Below, piece after piece: positions 20,432 to 29,105 of a DNA stretch of 49,178 nt. A program made the translations under genes and the position numbers. The DNA comes from Aulosira sp. ZfuVER01 (lineage in GTDB: Bacteria > Cyanobacteriota > Cyanobacteriia > Cyanobacteriales > Nostocaceae). The first letter of the stretch is position 1; each line of letters starts with the position of its first letter. Below the pieces are notes generated by a model. The model saw only the letters and a program-made list of their open reading frames with translations, was not told where the DNA came from and did no database searches. The stretch is taken from contig JAVRCV020000081.1 in the NCBI GenBank assembly GCA_034530615.2, forward strand, positions 1 to 49,178, read 5' to 3'.

Positions 20432-20493
20432 TGGTAGATGCACCTTGATCTTCGACTCCCCTGGTTGGCGAATGCCTACTTGGGGATTTTTTT
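20432..20493 (+). ncRNA. nsiR1: NsiR1 copy 1 (nearest hetF, antisense to its upstream leader)
   Basis: TCCGGA at 20397. TGGTAGATGCACCTTGATC core, then hairpin and T-run. Confidence 0.85.
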
Positions 20494-20544
20494 GTTGGCA
20501 AATAGCAACACTAATCCGGGCATTCTCAAGTGAGGTACAGGGTT

Positions 20545-20596
20545 TAACACCCCTCCTGCATTTCCTTACCATCTGGAATCCACTAAGGTTTTTTTT
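20545..20596 (+). ncRNA. Highly degenerate NsiR1-like unit 2
   Basis: TCCGGG at 20515. The core is lost but a CCTTA..TAAGG-T8 hairpin sits at the expected position. Confidence 0.35.
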
Positions 20597-20666
20597 AGCA
20601 CAGAACTAAAATACACATTTTAGTAAATTTATCCGGAGGATGGCAGTTCCCCAAAGAACAGTTAAA

Positions 20667-20727
20667 TGGTAGATGCACCCTGATAACTAACTCCCCTGGT
20701 TGGCTAACGCTGACTAGGGGCTTTTTT
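20667..20727 (+). ncRNA. nsiR1: NsiR1 copy 3
   Basis: TCCGGA at 20632, consensus core, terminator. Confidence 0.85.
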
Positions 20728-20797
20728 ATGCTTGGTAAACTACAACAAACTCATGAAATCTCTCCGGATGATGATAGTTATCTGGAGAACAATTAAA

Positions 20798-20860
20798 TGG
20801 TAGATGCACCCTGATAACTAACTCCCCTAGTAGGCTCAAACCCACTGGGGGATTTTTTTT
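20798..20860 (+). ncRNA. nsiR1: NsiR1 copy 4
   Basis: TCCGGA at 20763, consensus core, terminator. Confidence 0.85.
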
Positions 20861-20935
20861 CTGGTTGACACAACTGATAATCATGATTGTGACAATTTCA
20901 TCCGGAGCTTACTTATTTCTTCGAGAACAATTAAA

Positions 20936-20997
20936 TGGTAGATGCACCCTGATAATTAACTCCCCTAGCTGGTTGGTACCCACTAGGGGATTTTTTT
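20936..20997 (+). ncRNA. nsiR1: NsiR1 copy 5
   Basis: TCCGGA at 20901, consensus core, terminator. Confidence 0.85.
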
Positions 20998-21070
20998 GGT
21001 TGGCACAACTGATAATCATGATTGTGACAATTTCATCCGGAGCTTACTTATTTTTTCGAGAACAATTAAA

Positions 21071-21132
21071 TGGTAGATGCACCCTGATAACTAACTCCCC
21101 TAGCTGGTTGATACCCATTAGGGGATTTTTTT
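21071..21132 (+). ncRNA. nsiR1: NsiR1 copy 6
   Basis: TCCGGA at 21036, consensus core, terminator. Confidence 0.85.
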
Positions 21133-21203
21133 ATTGTTACCACTAACACATCTCTTATGAGAATTTTATCCGGATTATAGTAGTTGCACTGAGAATAGTT
21201 AAG

Positions 21204-21263
21204 TGGTAGATGCACCCTAATAACTAACTCCCCTAATTGGCTGCCACCAATAAGGGGTTTTTT
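21204..21263 (+). ncRNA. nsiR1: NsiR1 copy 7
   Basis: TCCGGA at 21169, core TGGTAGATGCACCCTAATAA, terminator. Confidence 0.85.
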
Positions 21264-21336
21264 ATGGGTAATCGCTAGCCACTCTCTGCGTCATCATTTT
21301 ATCCAGATTATAGTAGTTGCCCTGAGAATAGTTAAG

Positions 21337-21394
21337 TAATAAGTGTACCCTGATAATCTACTCCCCTAGTTGTCTTAAGCAACTAGGGGTTTTT
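21337..21394 (+). ncRNA. nsiR1: NsiR1 copy 8 (divergent 5' end)
   Basis: TCCAGA at 21302, core TAATAAGTGTACCCTGATAA, strong terminator. Confidence 0.7.
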
Positions 21395-21465
21395 CATGAA
21401 CCACTAGCTACCTATATGTGATATTTTTATCCGGATTATGGTATCGACGTTGAGAATATAGAAAT

Positions 21466-21522
21466 TAATAGATGCACCCTGATAATCCACTCTCCTGGTA
21501 GGCTGCCACCACTCGGGTTTTT
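21466..21522 (+). ncRNA. nsiR1: NsiR1 copy 9 (variant)
   Basis: TCCGGA at 21430, core TAATAGATGCACCCTGATAA, weakened hairpin. Confidence 0.75.
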
Positions 21523-21595
21523 GTGTTTAGCCAATAGTCACCCCGTTTGTAACAATTTTATCCGGATCGGATAGATTGTTTCGAGAACAATGAAT

Positions 21596-21654
21596 TGGTA
21601 GATGCACCCTGATAACTAACTCCCCTGGTAGGCTAGTACCTACTAGGGGTTTTT
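21596..21654 (+). ncRNA. nsiR1: NsiR1 copy 10
   Basis: TCCGGA at 21561, consensus core, terminator. Confidence 0.85.
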
Positions 21655-21729
21655 CCTACTTAAGACAATAACAATATTCCTTTAAATAAATTTATCCGGA
21701 AGATTGTACTTAACCCAAGAACAATGAAT

Positions 21730-21789
21730 TGGTAGATGCACCCTGATAACTAACTCCCCTGGTAGGCTAGTACCTACTAGGGGTTTTTT
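21730..21789 (+). ncRNA. nsiR1: NsiR1 copy 11
   Basis: TCCGGA at 21695, consensus core, terminator. Confidence 0.85.
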
Positions 21790-21865
21790 CATTATGGAAA
21801 AAATCACAATATTCCTTATAAATAAATTTATCCGGAAGATTGTACTTAACCCGAGAACAATGAAT

Positions 21866-21924
21866 TGGTAGATGCACCCTGATAAATAACTCCCCTGGTA
21901 GGCTAGTACCTACTGGGGTTTTTT
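21866..21924 (+). ncRNA. nsiR1: NsiR1 copy 12
   Basis: TCCGGA at 21831, consensus core, terminator. Confidence 0.85.
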
Positions 21925-22000
21925 CATACTTAAAAAAAATAACAATATCCCTTTAGATAAACTTATCCGGAAGATTGTACTTAACCCGAGAACAATGAAT

Positions 22001-22062
22001 TGGTAGATGCACCCTGATAACTAACTCCCCTAGTAGGCTAGTACTTGACTGGGGATTTTTTT
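22001..22062 (+). ncRNA. nsiR1: NsiR1 copy 13
   Basis: TCCGGA at 21966, consensus core, terminator. Confidence 0.85.
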
Positions 22063-22674
22063 GAGGAGATAGTTTGCGTCTAGCTGACTACTGATTAGGC
22101 ACTGAGGGCAATATTCTAACACAACAAACGTGCTATTACCATTTTTGCCACTGCCCAACGAAATTAATTCTAGATTTTGCGGTTTAGTGATCGCCTAGCT
22201 AGTAGTTATTTTTAATTAAGTATATCTTATCATTATTTTGTTAGCTCTAGATGTCCAGTTCCTGACTAACTTTTACACTTTCATAGGCTAGAAGGCTTAT
22301 ACAATAGTTATTTCAGGGGATAATTGCCAAAACTGTTAATTATTTCTCTATAATTTCTCTTTGTGAATTGCCCCGACATATGCCATCTCAAGCTGGAAGG
22401 CGCTTTAAGTCTCATAAGACGTTGCTTTGTTAGCCATGTTCTTTCTTCAACATCTGCAGATAAATGTCTTCCTAGTTTTACACAACTTCTTTGGTCTGGC
22501 AACTTTTGTGTTGCTACTTTAATTTATAAGCAATCCAATTTGATTAACAAACTACTCATGGAGGCAGTAGGCAATAGATTTGTTTGCAACTCCTACATAG
22601 ATTGCTATATATGCAGATCTTGAATGTTTTATACTAGATGTAGTTTGCTTATATCCCAAGAGTGGCAAAGTCAG

Positions 22675-22998
22675 ATGAATTTAGCGGTAATTAAGTTCTC
22701 CTCAGAAGAATGTGGCATTTGTCACAAAATGTCTTTTTATGACAAAAAGGTAGCTGAAGAACTGGGTTTAGAATTTATTGATGTCAAAATGCAGGATACA
22801 GCTACTTACCGCAAGTATCGCAAGATTTTGTTAACTCAGTATCCCGATAAATCAGAAATGGGATGGCCTACTTATATTCTCTGTGATTCTCCTGAAGGAG
22901 AGTTTCAGATTATCGGTGAGGTCAAAGGGGGTCATCCCAAAGGCGAGTTTAGAAGCCGTCTACAAGAAGTTTTAAATTCCACAGCTAGTCAGAATTGA
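22675..22998 (+). CDS. Thioredoxin-family protein
   Basis: VIKFSSEECGIC (CxxC) and cis-Pro GWPT motif. The likely start is ATG 22675 rather than 22624. Confidence 0.8.
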   Translation: MNLAVIKFSSEECGICHKMSFYDKKVAEELGLEFIDVKMQDTATYRKYRKILLTQYPDKSEMGWPTYILCDSPEGEFQIIGEVKGGHPKGEFRSRLQEVLNSTASQN

Positions 22999-23218
22999 TC
23001 ACCTCAAAGGATTTTACTTCCAGGACGGGGCCAATCATGGCAGTAGTCATGACATCTTCACGCACCTTACCTGTGACTTTGGCTTTTTGCCCTTCTTTGA
23101 GGAGTTTTTTGTCTACACTTCTAGGTATTTCATAAGTAACACCATCATCGGTAACTAGTGCCCATGCACCAGTGCCAATATCACGGTGTTGGATAGTGCC
23201 AGTAACTGTAGTACTCAT
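22985..23218 (-). CDS. Small hypothetical beta-rich (OB-fold-like) protein
   Basis: 77 aa with VTGTI..G.WALVTDDGVTYE..KVTGKV..MIGPVLEV. Confidence 0.7.
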   Translation of the reverse strand: MSTTVTGTIQHRDIGTGAWALVTDDGVTYEIPRSVDKKLLKEGQKAKVTGKVREDVMTTAMIGPVLEVKSFEVINSD

Positions 23219-23303
23219 AATTATTGCTGATTGTTGAGGGGATAAAGGGCATGAGCGAGAGTAATCTTTTTTTCTATTACTCTCCTTACTTCCTCCTCTT
23301 AAC

Positions 23304-25157
23304 TTAAGCTACTTGCCTTTCATTTTTCAACGCTAAACGAGCTAATCCATAACAGAGTAGGGCATTAGCAATGAGGAAGATACGAGCTAAGTAACTACTG
23401 CCTAATCCCCAAACTGTAGGATCGTAAACTGCACTCACCGTTAAACATGCAGCCACACCAAGGGTAGAACCGATGGCAAACCATTTACCACTAGGATGTC
23501 CCAGCAGCAATGCAACCAGAACGATGGGAATCAGTACACTGGCAAATAAAGGATTTAAAGCATTGGTTCCCTGGAGAGTGTTGCCTAATTCGGGAATGGA
23601 ACTACCTAACAGCCGGAAAGGCCACTGGGGAAGGTCAAAGATATAAAATCCCTTGAGGAAGAATAGTCCAGAACTGCCAGCAATTAAACCACTGGATAAA
23701 GACCAACTCCAAGCAAAAGGAAAGTAAACCCGTAAAAACCAAGCTAGTAGATAGGAACCTACTACCATCAAAATCTTGGGTAATAGTGCTACAGCACCGC
23801 CATCAATCCAAAATCCAGGGTTAAGATAGCCATTATCCCTTAACCAACGGAAGAAGTCAGAGAAACTAATTTGACCTTCAGTGGCAAGTTTAACTGCTGC
23901 TTCAGCATTTAGCTGCCCAGCACCGTAGTAATTCAAACCATCGTCTTGGATAACTCGGGAAGATTGTTTGAGGACTTGCAAAACTTCATCGGGATCTGTA
24001 ACGCCTTTGGCTTTGATGAGCGCAGCGACACCAGCAACATGAGGGGATGCCATACTTGTACCTTGGAAGCCAAGAAAAACCCCTTCACCCTTTTCGTTGA
24101 TTGTCTCTTGCAGAATCTTGCCAGCCTCGCTACCACCAGGGGCAGAGATATCTACCCCAGCACCAAAGTTAGAGTAAGGGGCTTTTTCTCCATCCGGGCC
24201 GAATGCGGAGACACCGATGACATGAGGATAACGGGCTGGATAGCTGGCCCCATTAGCATTTTCGTTGCCAGCCGCCGCCACAATGACAACGCCTTTGTTG
24301 TGGGCATAGTCAATGGCTTGCTTCATTAACTGACTTTCACCGCCACCACCCAAGCTCATATTAATTACATCTGCGCCTTTATCAGCAGCAAATTTAATGG
24401 CTTCGGCAATATCGGCAACCGTCCCACCACCATAATCATTCAAAACCTTTAATGGCATGAGATTGGCTTCGTAGGCAATGCCAGCTACGCCATATTTGTT
24501 ATTGGTGGCTTGAGCGATCGTACCTGCAACATGGGTACCATGTCCGTTATCGTCTGTGGCTTCTTCTCGGTCGTTAACGAAATCGTAGCCTTTGACAAAT
24601 TTTGTTTCATATAAGTCGCGCACGCGAGTTATACCAGTATCAATGACAGCAACCGTAATGCCACTGCCTTTGGTTTGGCTCCACGCGCCTTCAATACCGA
24701 TGTTGTGGAAGTTCCACTGCTTGCTGTAATACTGGTCGTTGGGGCCAGTTAATGAAGGGGTAATTTCCTCTTCATCTGCATTGGGTTTTAAAAATTCTCC
24801 CAAAAAAGCAACTTCACCCGGTTGGGGAATTTTTTTGTAAATATAATTTGGCTCGATAAATTCTGTAGCTGACTTGAATTGAGATTTTTGCAGTTCTTTC
24901 AGCCGTTGGCGATCGCCTTTGATAATATACACATTATCTTTGGCTGAAAATTTATTATCCAATTGGGGTGTAACCTGGTATTGTTGAGCGATCGCTTGCA
25001 AATCTTTTTCTACTACCTCTTTGGGTATATCTTCCCGAAAATCAAGCAGAATCGTCTCAAACTCACCTTTGGCTGCTAGTCCTTGAAAATTGAGAAACCC
25101 AAATACAGCAGCCCCCAGCCCAATGACAAACAAGCAAAATAATATAAGCCTTCTCAT
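23304..25157 (-). CDS. Membrane-anchored S8 (subtilisin) serine peptidase
   Basis: Catalytic triad motifs VAVIDTG, HGTHVAG and GTSMASPHVAG. N-terminal signal/TM, prodomain and multi-TM C-terminus. Confidence 0.93.
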   Translation of the reverse strand: MRRLILFCLFVIGLGAAVFGFLNFQGLAAKGEFETILLDFREDIPKEVVEKDLQAIAQQYQVTPQLDNKFSAKDNVYIIKGDRQRLKELQKSQFKSATEFIEPNYIYKKIPQPGEVAFLGEFLKPNADEEEITPSLTGPNDQYYSKQWNFHNIGIEGAWSQTKGSGITVAVIDTGITRVRDLYETKFVKGYDFVNDREEATDDNGHGTHVAGTIAQATNNKYGVAGIAYEANLMPLKVLNDYGGGTVADIAEAIKFAADKGADVINMSLGGGGESQLMKQAIDYAHNKGVVIVAAAGNENANGASYPARYPHVIGVSAFGPDGEKAPYSNFGAGVDISAPGGSEAGKILQETINEKGEGVFLGFQGTSMASPHVAGVAALIKAKGVTDPDEVLQVLKQSSRVIQDDGLNYYGAGQLNAEAAVKLATEGQISFSDFFRWLRDNGYLNPGFWIDGGAVALLPKILMVVGSYLLAWFLRVYFPFAWSWSLSSGLIAGSSGLFFLKGFYIFDLPQWPFRLLGSSIPELGNTLQGTNALNPLFASVLIPIVLVALLLGHPSGKWFAIGSTLGVAACLTVSAVYDPTVWGLGSSYLARIFLIANALLCYGLARLALKNERQVA

Positions 25158-25267
25158 ATAAACTCATCACCGCTTTTTGCCAGTTGCTCACTACCATAAC
25201 TTATCTGTGCCTCTTATTGGTGTAATTTGCACTTTAGTTAAAACTTTCACTCAGGACTGTTGAAACT

Positions 25268-25726
25268 ATGGAACGTGGTCTTTTGTGGTTGCCGCTGTTA
25301 GTTATGTTTTTCTGGTTGGCTTGGCAAGGCTCAAAGGAGTATCAAAAAGTTGAAGCTTACCGCGCTTGGGCAGAGCAATTTGAAAGGGCTAAGTATGATA
25401 TTTATGCAGTATTGGGTCAAAAAGGTAACAATATAACCTGGGGAAAACCCACACCAAAAGGGCCGATTAAACTGGAAACTTTTTCTTTACTTGATGTTCA
25501 AAAAATTAATCTTTTAGTAGATGACAAATTAGTAGAATTAAGCAAAGCACCAGATAAAGGTCGGAAGATTGAATTAGAATTTATCTTCAGCGAACCTGCC
25601 AACTCAGTCCGTGTTCCCTTTACAGAGATTCCTTTAGCAGATGAATGGGGCAAGTATTTACAGGGAGCATTACACAGTTTGGCTTCTCAGGCAGAGGATG
25701 AGGGAGATGAAGGGGAGACAAACTAA
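25268..25726 (+). CDS. Hypothetical protein with N-terminal TM helix
   Basis: 152-aa ORF beginning MERGLLWLPLL, divergent from the peptidase. Confidence 0.75.
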   Translation: MERGLLWLPLLVMFFWLAWQGSKEYQKVEAYRAWAEQFERAKYDIYAVLGQKGNNITWGKPTPKGPIKLETFSLLDVQKINLLVDDKLVELSKAPDKGRKIELEFIFSEPANSVRVPFTEIPLADEWGKYLQGALHSLASQAEDEGDEGETN

Positions 25727-25770
25727 TGACAAATGACAGATCTCCATTTTCTATTGCCTATTGCCTTTTG

Positions 25771-25813
25771 AACCTTGACTCTTGACTCTGGACTATTGAC
25801 CCTTGACTCTTGA
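25771..25813. repeat. STRR heptamer repeats (TTGACTC-type)
   Basis: CCTTGACTCTTGACTCTGGACTATTGACCCTTGACTCTTGA. Confidence 0.7.
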
Positions 25814-25884
25814 ACCAAGATCTCAGGATGGCTATCGATTGTGGTAATTGTTAACAATCAGCCCAGCCATAAGACTAATTCATT

Positions 25885-26718
25885 ATGAATGCTGTTACAA
25901 AATCAAGGACACCTGTTGCCTTAACCATTGCTGGCTCAGATAGCGGTGGTGGTGCGGGGATTCAAACTGATTTACGTACCTTTGCCTTTCACTGTGTTCA
26001 CGGAACTAGTGCTATTACCTGCATCACGGCGCAAAATACTTTGGGAGTTACGCGAGTAGATGTGATGCCAACAGAAGCTGTGGTGGCGCAAATTCAGGCG
26101 GTAGTTGACGATATCGGGGTACAAGCTGCGAAAACAGGAATGTTGCTCAACCGAGAAATTATCTTGGCTGTCGCGCAACAAATTGAGGCTGGGAAAATCG
26201 ATAACTTAGTAGTCGATCCAGTAATGGTGTCACGCACAGGGGCACAATTGATTGATGATGACGCAGTACAGACTTTGTGCCATGCTTTAGTCCCATTGGC
26301 AACGATTGTGACGCCAAACCGCTATGAAGCTCAAATTATAAGTGGATTATCGATTAATTCCCTTGATGATATGCAAGCAGCAGCTCAAATTATTCATCAA
26401 AAATTAGGGGCTAAAGCTGTTTTAGTTAAAGGTGGAGGTATGCAGGGAAGTTTGCGTGGTGTTGATATTTGGTTTGATGGGCAAAATTTGACAACGTTGA
26501 CAACAAAGCTAGTAGATACAAAAAATACCCACGGTACTGGTTGTACTTTATCAGCTGCGATCGCTGCTAATCTAGCTCAGAAAAAAGACCTATCAATAGC
26601 AGTGCAGCAAGCAAAGGACTATGTTACAACTGCACTTACTTACGCCCTCGATATTGGTAAAGGGCAAGGCCCTGTGGGACACTTCTTCCCTTTGCTGGAG
26701 AATAAACCTAGTCTTTGA
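25885..26718 (+). CDS. thiD: Hydroxymethylpyrimidine/phosphomethylpyrimidine kinase
   Basis: ALTIAGSDSGGGAGIQ, KTGML, VDPVM, TPNRYE, THGTGCTLS and GPVGH motifs. Confidence 0.95.
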   Translation: MNAVTKSRTPVALTIAGSDSGGGAGIQTDLRTFAFHCVHGTSAITCITAQNTLGVTRVDVMPTEAVVAQIQAVVDDIGVQAAKTGMLLNREIILAVAQQIEAGKIDNLVVDPVMVSRTGAQLIDDDAVQTLCHALVPLATIVTPNRYEAQIISGLSINSLDDMQAAAQIIHQKLGAKAVLVKGGGMQGSLRGVDIWFDGQNLTTLTTKLVDTKNTHGTGCTLSAAIAANLAQKKDLSIAVQQAKDYVTTALTYALDIGKGQGPVGHFFPLLENKPSL

Positions 26719-26927
26719 GTGAGTATCCGTTATCAAATAGCTGACTGCTAAACTCCAATCACAATGCAGTTTTAGGTTAGCTATATGTACTTATTTCATC
26801 ATGTAAATAAAAAATCTTTGCCCTGTCAGCATTTTTCTATTATTCTTGGGCATAGTTTCAACTTTGACTATCTCTGTTACTATCTCTAAAACAATAAATT
26901 ACTTTAATTTTCCATACCAAGCCAGCT

Positions 26928-27542
26928 ATGCAAGCAAGCACAAATCCCATTTACAACCATCCGCCTACACCAAAGGCTCCAGCCTATCCCCCATCTGTTC
27001 CACTGTCTGTGTATCGGGAATTAGCAACTGAGTTACAAACAGCACAGGCAAAATTAGATGCGCTCACTGCTAAAAATCAGCAACTAACGCAAGAAAATCA
27101 ACTGCTACGCCAAGAAATGACTAAACTCATTCAGTCTTGTTTACGGTTGCAAAAGTTGGTGGATTTTCCAGCCACGCCATCTAATACACCTAGCGGCCCA
27201 GCACCCCGTACTGCTCCCGATGCCAAAAGCGCATCTCAGCCTGCCACAGAAGCACGTCCACGCCAGCAAGTTTCTCGTCCGCGTCCACCTGCTGTCTCTG
27301 AAGTTCCAAGTAATAAAAGCCGCCGTTCTCCAGCCTCTATGCCTGTAACAGAAATAATGTCCCCGATACCACAACCAGTATTCATAGAAGAACAGGAGGT
27401 GAGATCTTATGGTGCTACTGAGTCAGAGCCAAAGGAAGTTAGTGGCTGGTGGTTAGTTATTACCATTTTGTTAATTATGTTGGCTGCTTTTAGTGCTGGG
27501 TATTTGGTTGTGCGACCCCTGTTTGAACATCAGAGTCGCTAG
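26928..27542 (+). CDS. Coiled-coil, Pro-rich, C-terminal TM protein upstream of glnB (possible All2320/ThyD ortholog)
   Basis: PSVPLSVYRELA, a heptad coiled coil, a Pro/Ser linker and one TM helix. Orthology is inferred from remembered synteny only. Confidence 0.7.
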   Translation: MQASTNPIYNHPPTPKAPAYPPSVPLSVYRELATELQTAQAKLDALTAKNQQLTQENQLLRQEMTKLIQSCLRLQKLVDFPATPSNTPSGPAPRTAPDAKSASQPATEARPRQQVSRPRPPAVSEVPSNKSRRSPASMPVTEIMSPIPQPVFIEEQEVRSYGATESEPKEVSGWWLVITILLIMLAAFSAGYLVVRPLFEHQSR

Positions 27543-27852
27543 TTAAAACTCTCTAGGTTTCGGCTGTAGCTTGCAGATTCTCGTACAATTTTGCCCTCAA
27601 AGTCTCCACAAAAGCAGAGAATTTACCTATTTTTTGTCATAAAAAATACATATTCTCATGTAAAATTGAGGACGGTTTTTTAATGTCGTAACCTCAAAGA
27701 TTATTGAATTTTAAAGACTTGCCGCTGTCAACTTCACAACTGTTACGACAGGTCATTGAAAATCGTAAATTATTACATATGTTTTTAAAATAGTTCTACT
27801 AGTTAAGGTGTCCGACAAGGGATCTGGTTAGATATATAAACGAAGCTAGTAG

Positions 27853-28209
<357 letters not shown>

Positions 28210-28233
28210 AACCTAAAGGCTGAGTTGTGAGGA

Positions 28234-28273
28234 GCCAGCACTAAAGACGGGTTTCCCGTTACAGGTGACTGGC
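28234..28273. repeat. SDR-type short dispersed repeat
   Basis: GCCAG..CGGGTTTCCCG..CTGGC nested hairpin typical of Nostoc SDRs. Confidence 0.55.
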
Positions 28274-28447
28274 ATCATGCTTCCCCATCGTTAGTAGCAA
28301 TTGGCTTTGCTGAGTGGTAAGAGAAAAGAGTTGATGAGTAAAGTTTTGGGTGTAGATTTTAGATGCTCAATGCCTCAATATAGAGTTTTGAAAAAATGGT
28401 GACATTACAATCTCTATACCAGGGCTAACTCAAAACTGACTCATGAC

Positions 28448-29032
28448 TCAAAACTCAGAACTCAGCACTCCCAGTTGTGGGATTAAAGCTGTAAAAGCCT
28501 TACCTCGATGGCTAAGGGATCGCTTCAACTGTGGGGTCATCTCAGCAAAGGTCAATTGTTTCTCAGGAATGTAAAAAATCGGGTCGTAGCCAAAACCACC
28601 ATGACCACGAGGTGCATGAAGAATTGTGCCCCGACAAATACCTTCGGATTGGAGGACAATCGTACCATCAGGACTAGCGATCGCTACGACACACACAAAT
28701 TGTGCTTGTCGGTTTACTTCCGGGCCTAGTTCATTCAATACCCTAGCGATGCGTTCTGAATCAGTTTTCCCGTAACGTGCAGAATACACCCCTGGCGCGC
28801 CATTTAAAGCATCTACTTGTAAGCCAGAATCATCCGCTATTGCCCAGTTTCCCGTAGCTTGAGCGATTTGAGAGGCTTTCAGACAAGCGTTGGCGGCAAA
28901 TGTGTCGCCTGTCTCTTCAATTTCTAATTCTTCCGGTTTCAGGGTTAATTCCCAACCAGAATTAGCCAGATAAGCTTGCATTTCTCGTAACTTACCTGGG
29001 TTTCCTGTGGCTACTACAAGTAGTTTAGTCAT
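28448..29032 (-). CDS. rdgB: RdgB/HAM1 non-canonical purine NTP pyrophosphatase
   Basis: ATGNPGKLRE, ADDSGL, APGVYSAR, GFGYDPIF and SHRGKA motifs. Confidence 0.96.
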   Translation of the reverse strand: MTKLLVVATGNPGKLREMQAYLANSGWELTLKPEELEIEETGDTFAANACLKASQIAQATGNWAIADDSGLQVDALNGAPGVYSARYGKTDSERIARVLNELGPEVNRQAQFVCVVAIASPDGTIVLQSEGICRGTILHAPRGHGGFGYDPIFYIPEKQLTFAEMTPQLKRSLSHRGKAFTALIPQLGVLSSEF

Positions 29033-29101
29033 TGGTCATGTGTCATTGGGCATTGGTCATTAGTCATTTGTTTTTTGACTATTGACTCTGGACTCTTGAC
29101 T
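29033..29101. repeat. STRR heptamer repeats
   Basis: GGTCATT-like and TTGACTC-like heptamer runs between the phosphomutase gene and rdgB. Confidence 0.65.
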
Positions 29102-29105
29102 AATT

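Larger units (their letters stand above)
20397..22062 (+). repeat. nsiR1: Tandem array of 13 ~133-bp promoter-sRNA-terminator units (NsiR1 array)
   Basis: TCCGGA or a variant at 20397, 20515, 20632, 20763, 20901, 21036, 21169, 21302, 21430, 21561, 21695, 21831 and 21966. In 12 units it is followed by N18-GAA(C/T)A, a TGGTAGATGCACCCTGATAA-type core, and a CCCC..GGGG-Tn hairpin. Confidence 0.93.

Noticed and set aside
20349..21146. ORFs 20349-20609, 20366-20572 and 20865-21146
   Set aside because: These are chance frames across the repeat array. Unit lengths are mostly not multiples of 3 and the frames are not kept between units.
20397..22062. CRISPR array interpretation of the tandem repeats
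   Set aside because: The period is ~133 bp, the linkers are related to each other rather than unique, each unit has promoter and terminator parts, and no cas genes are present.
27636..27701. NtcA-activated promoter for glnB (GTC-N8-TAC at 27636; GTA-N8-GAT at 27688)
   Set aside because: Both boxes are imperfect and neither has a TAN3T element ~22 nt downstream, so it cannot be supported from sequence alone.
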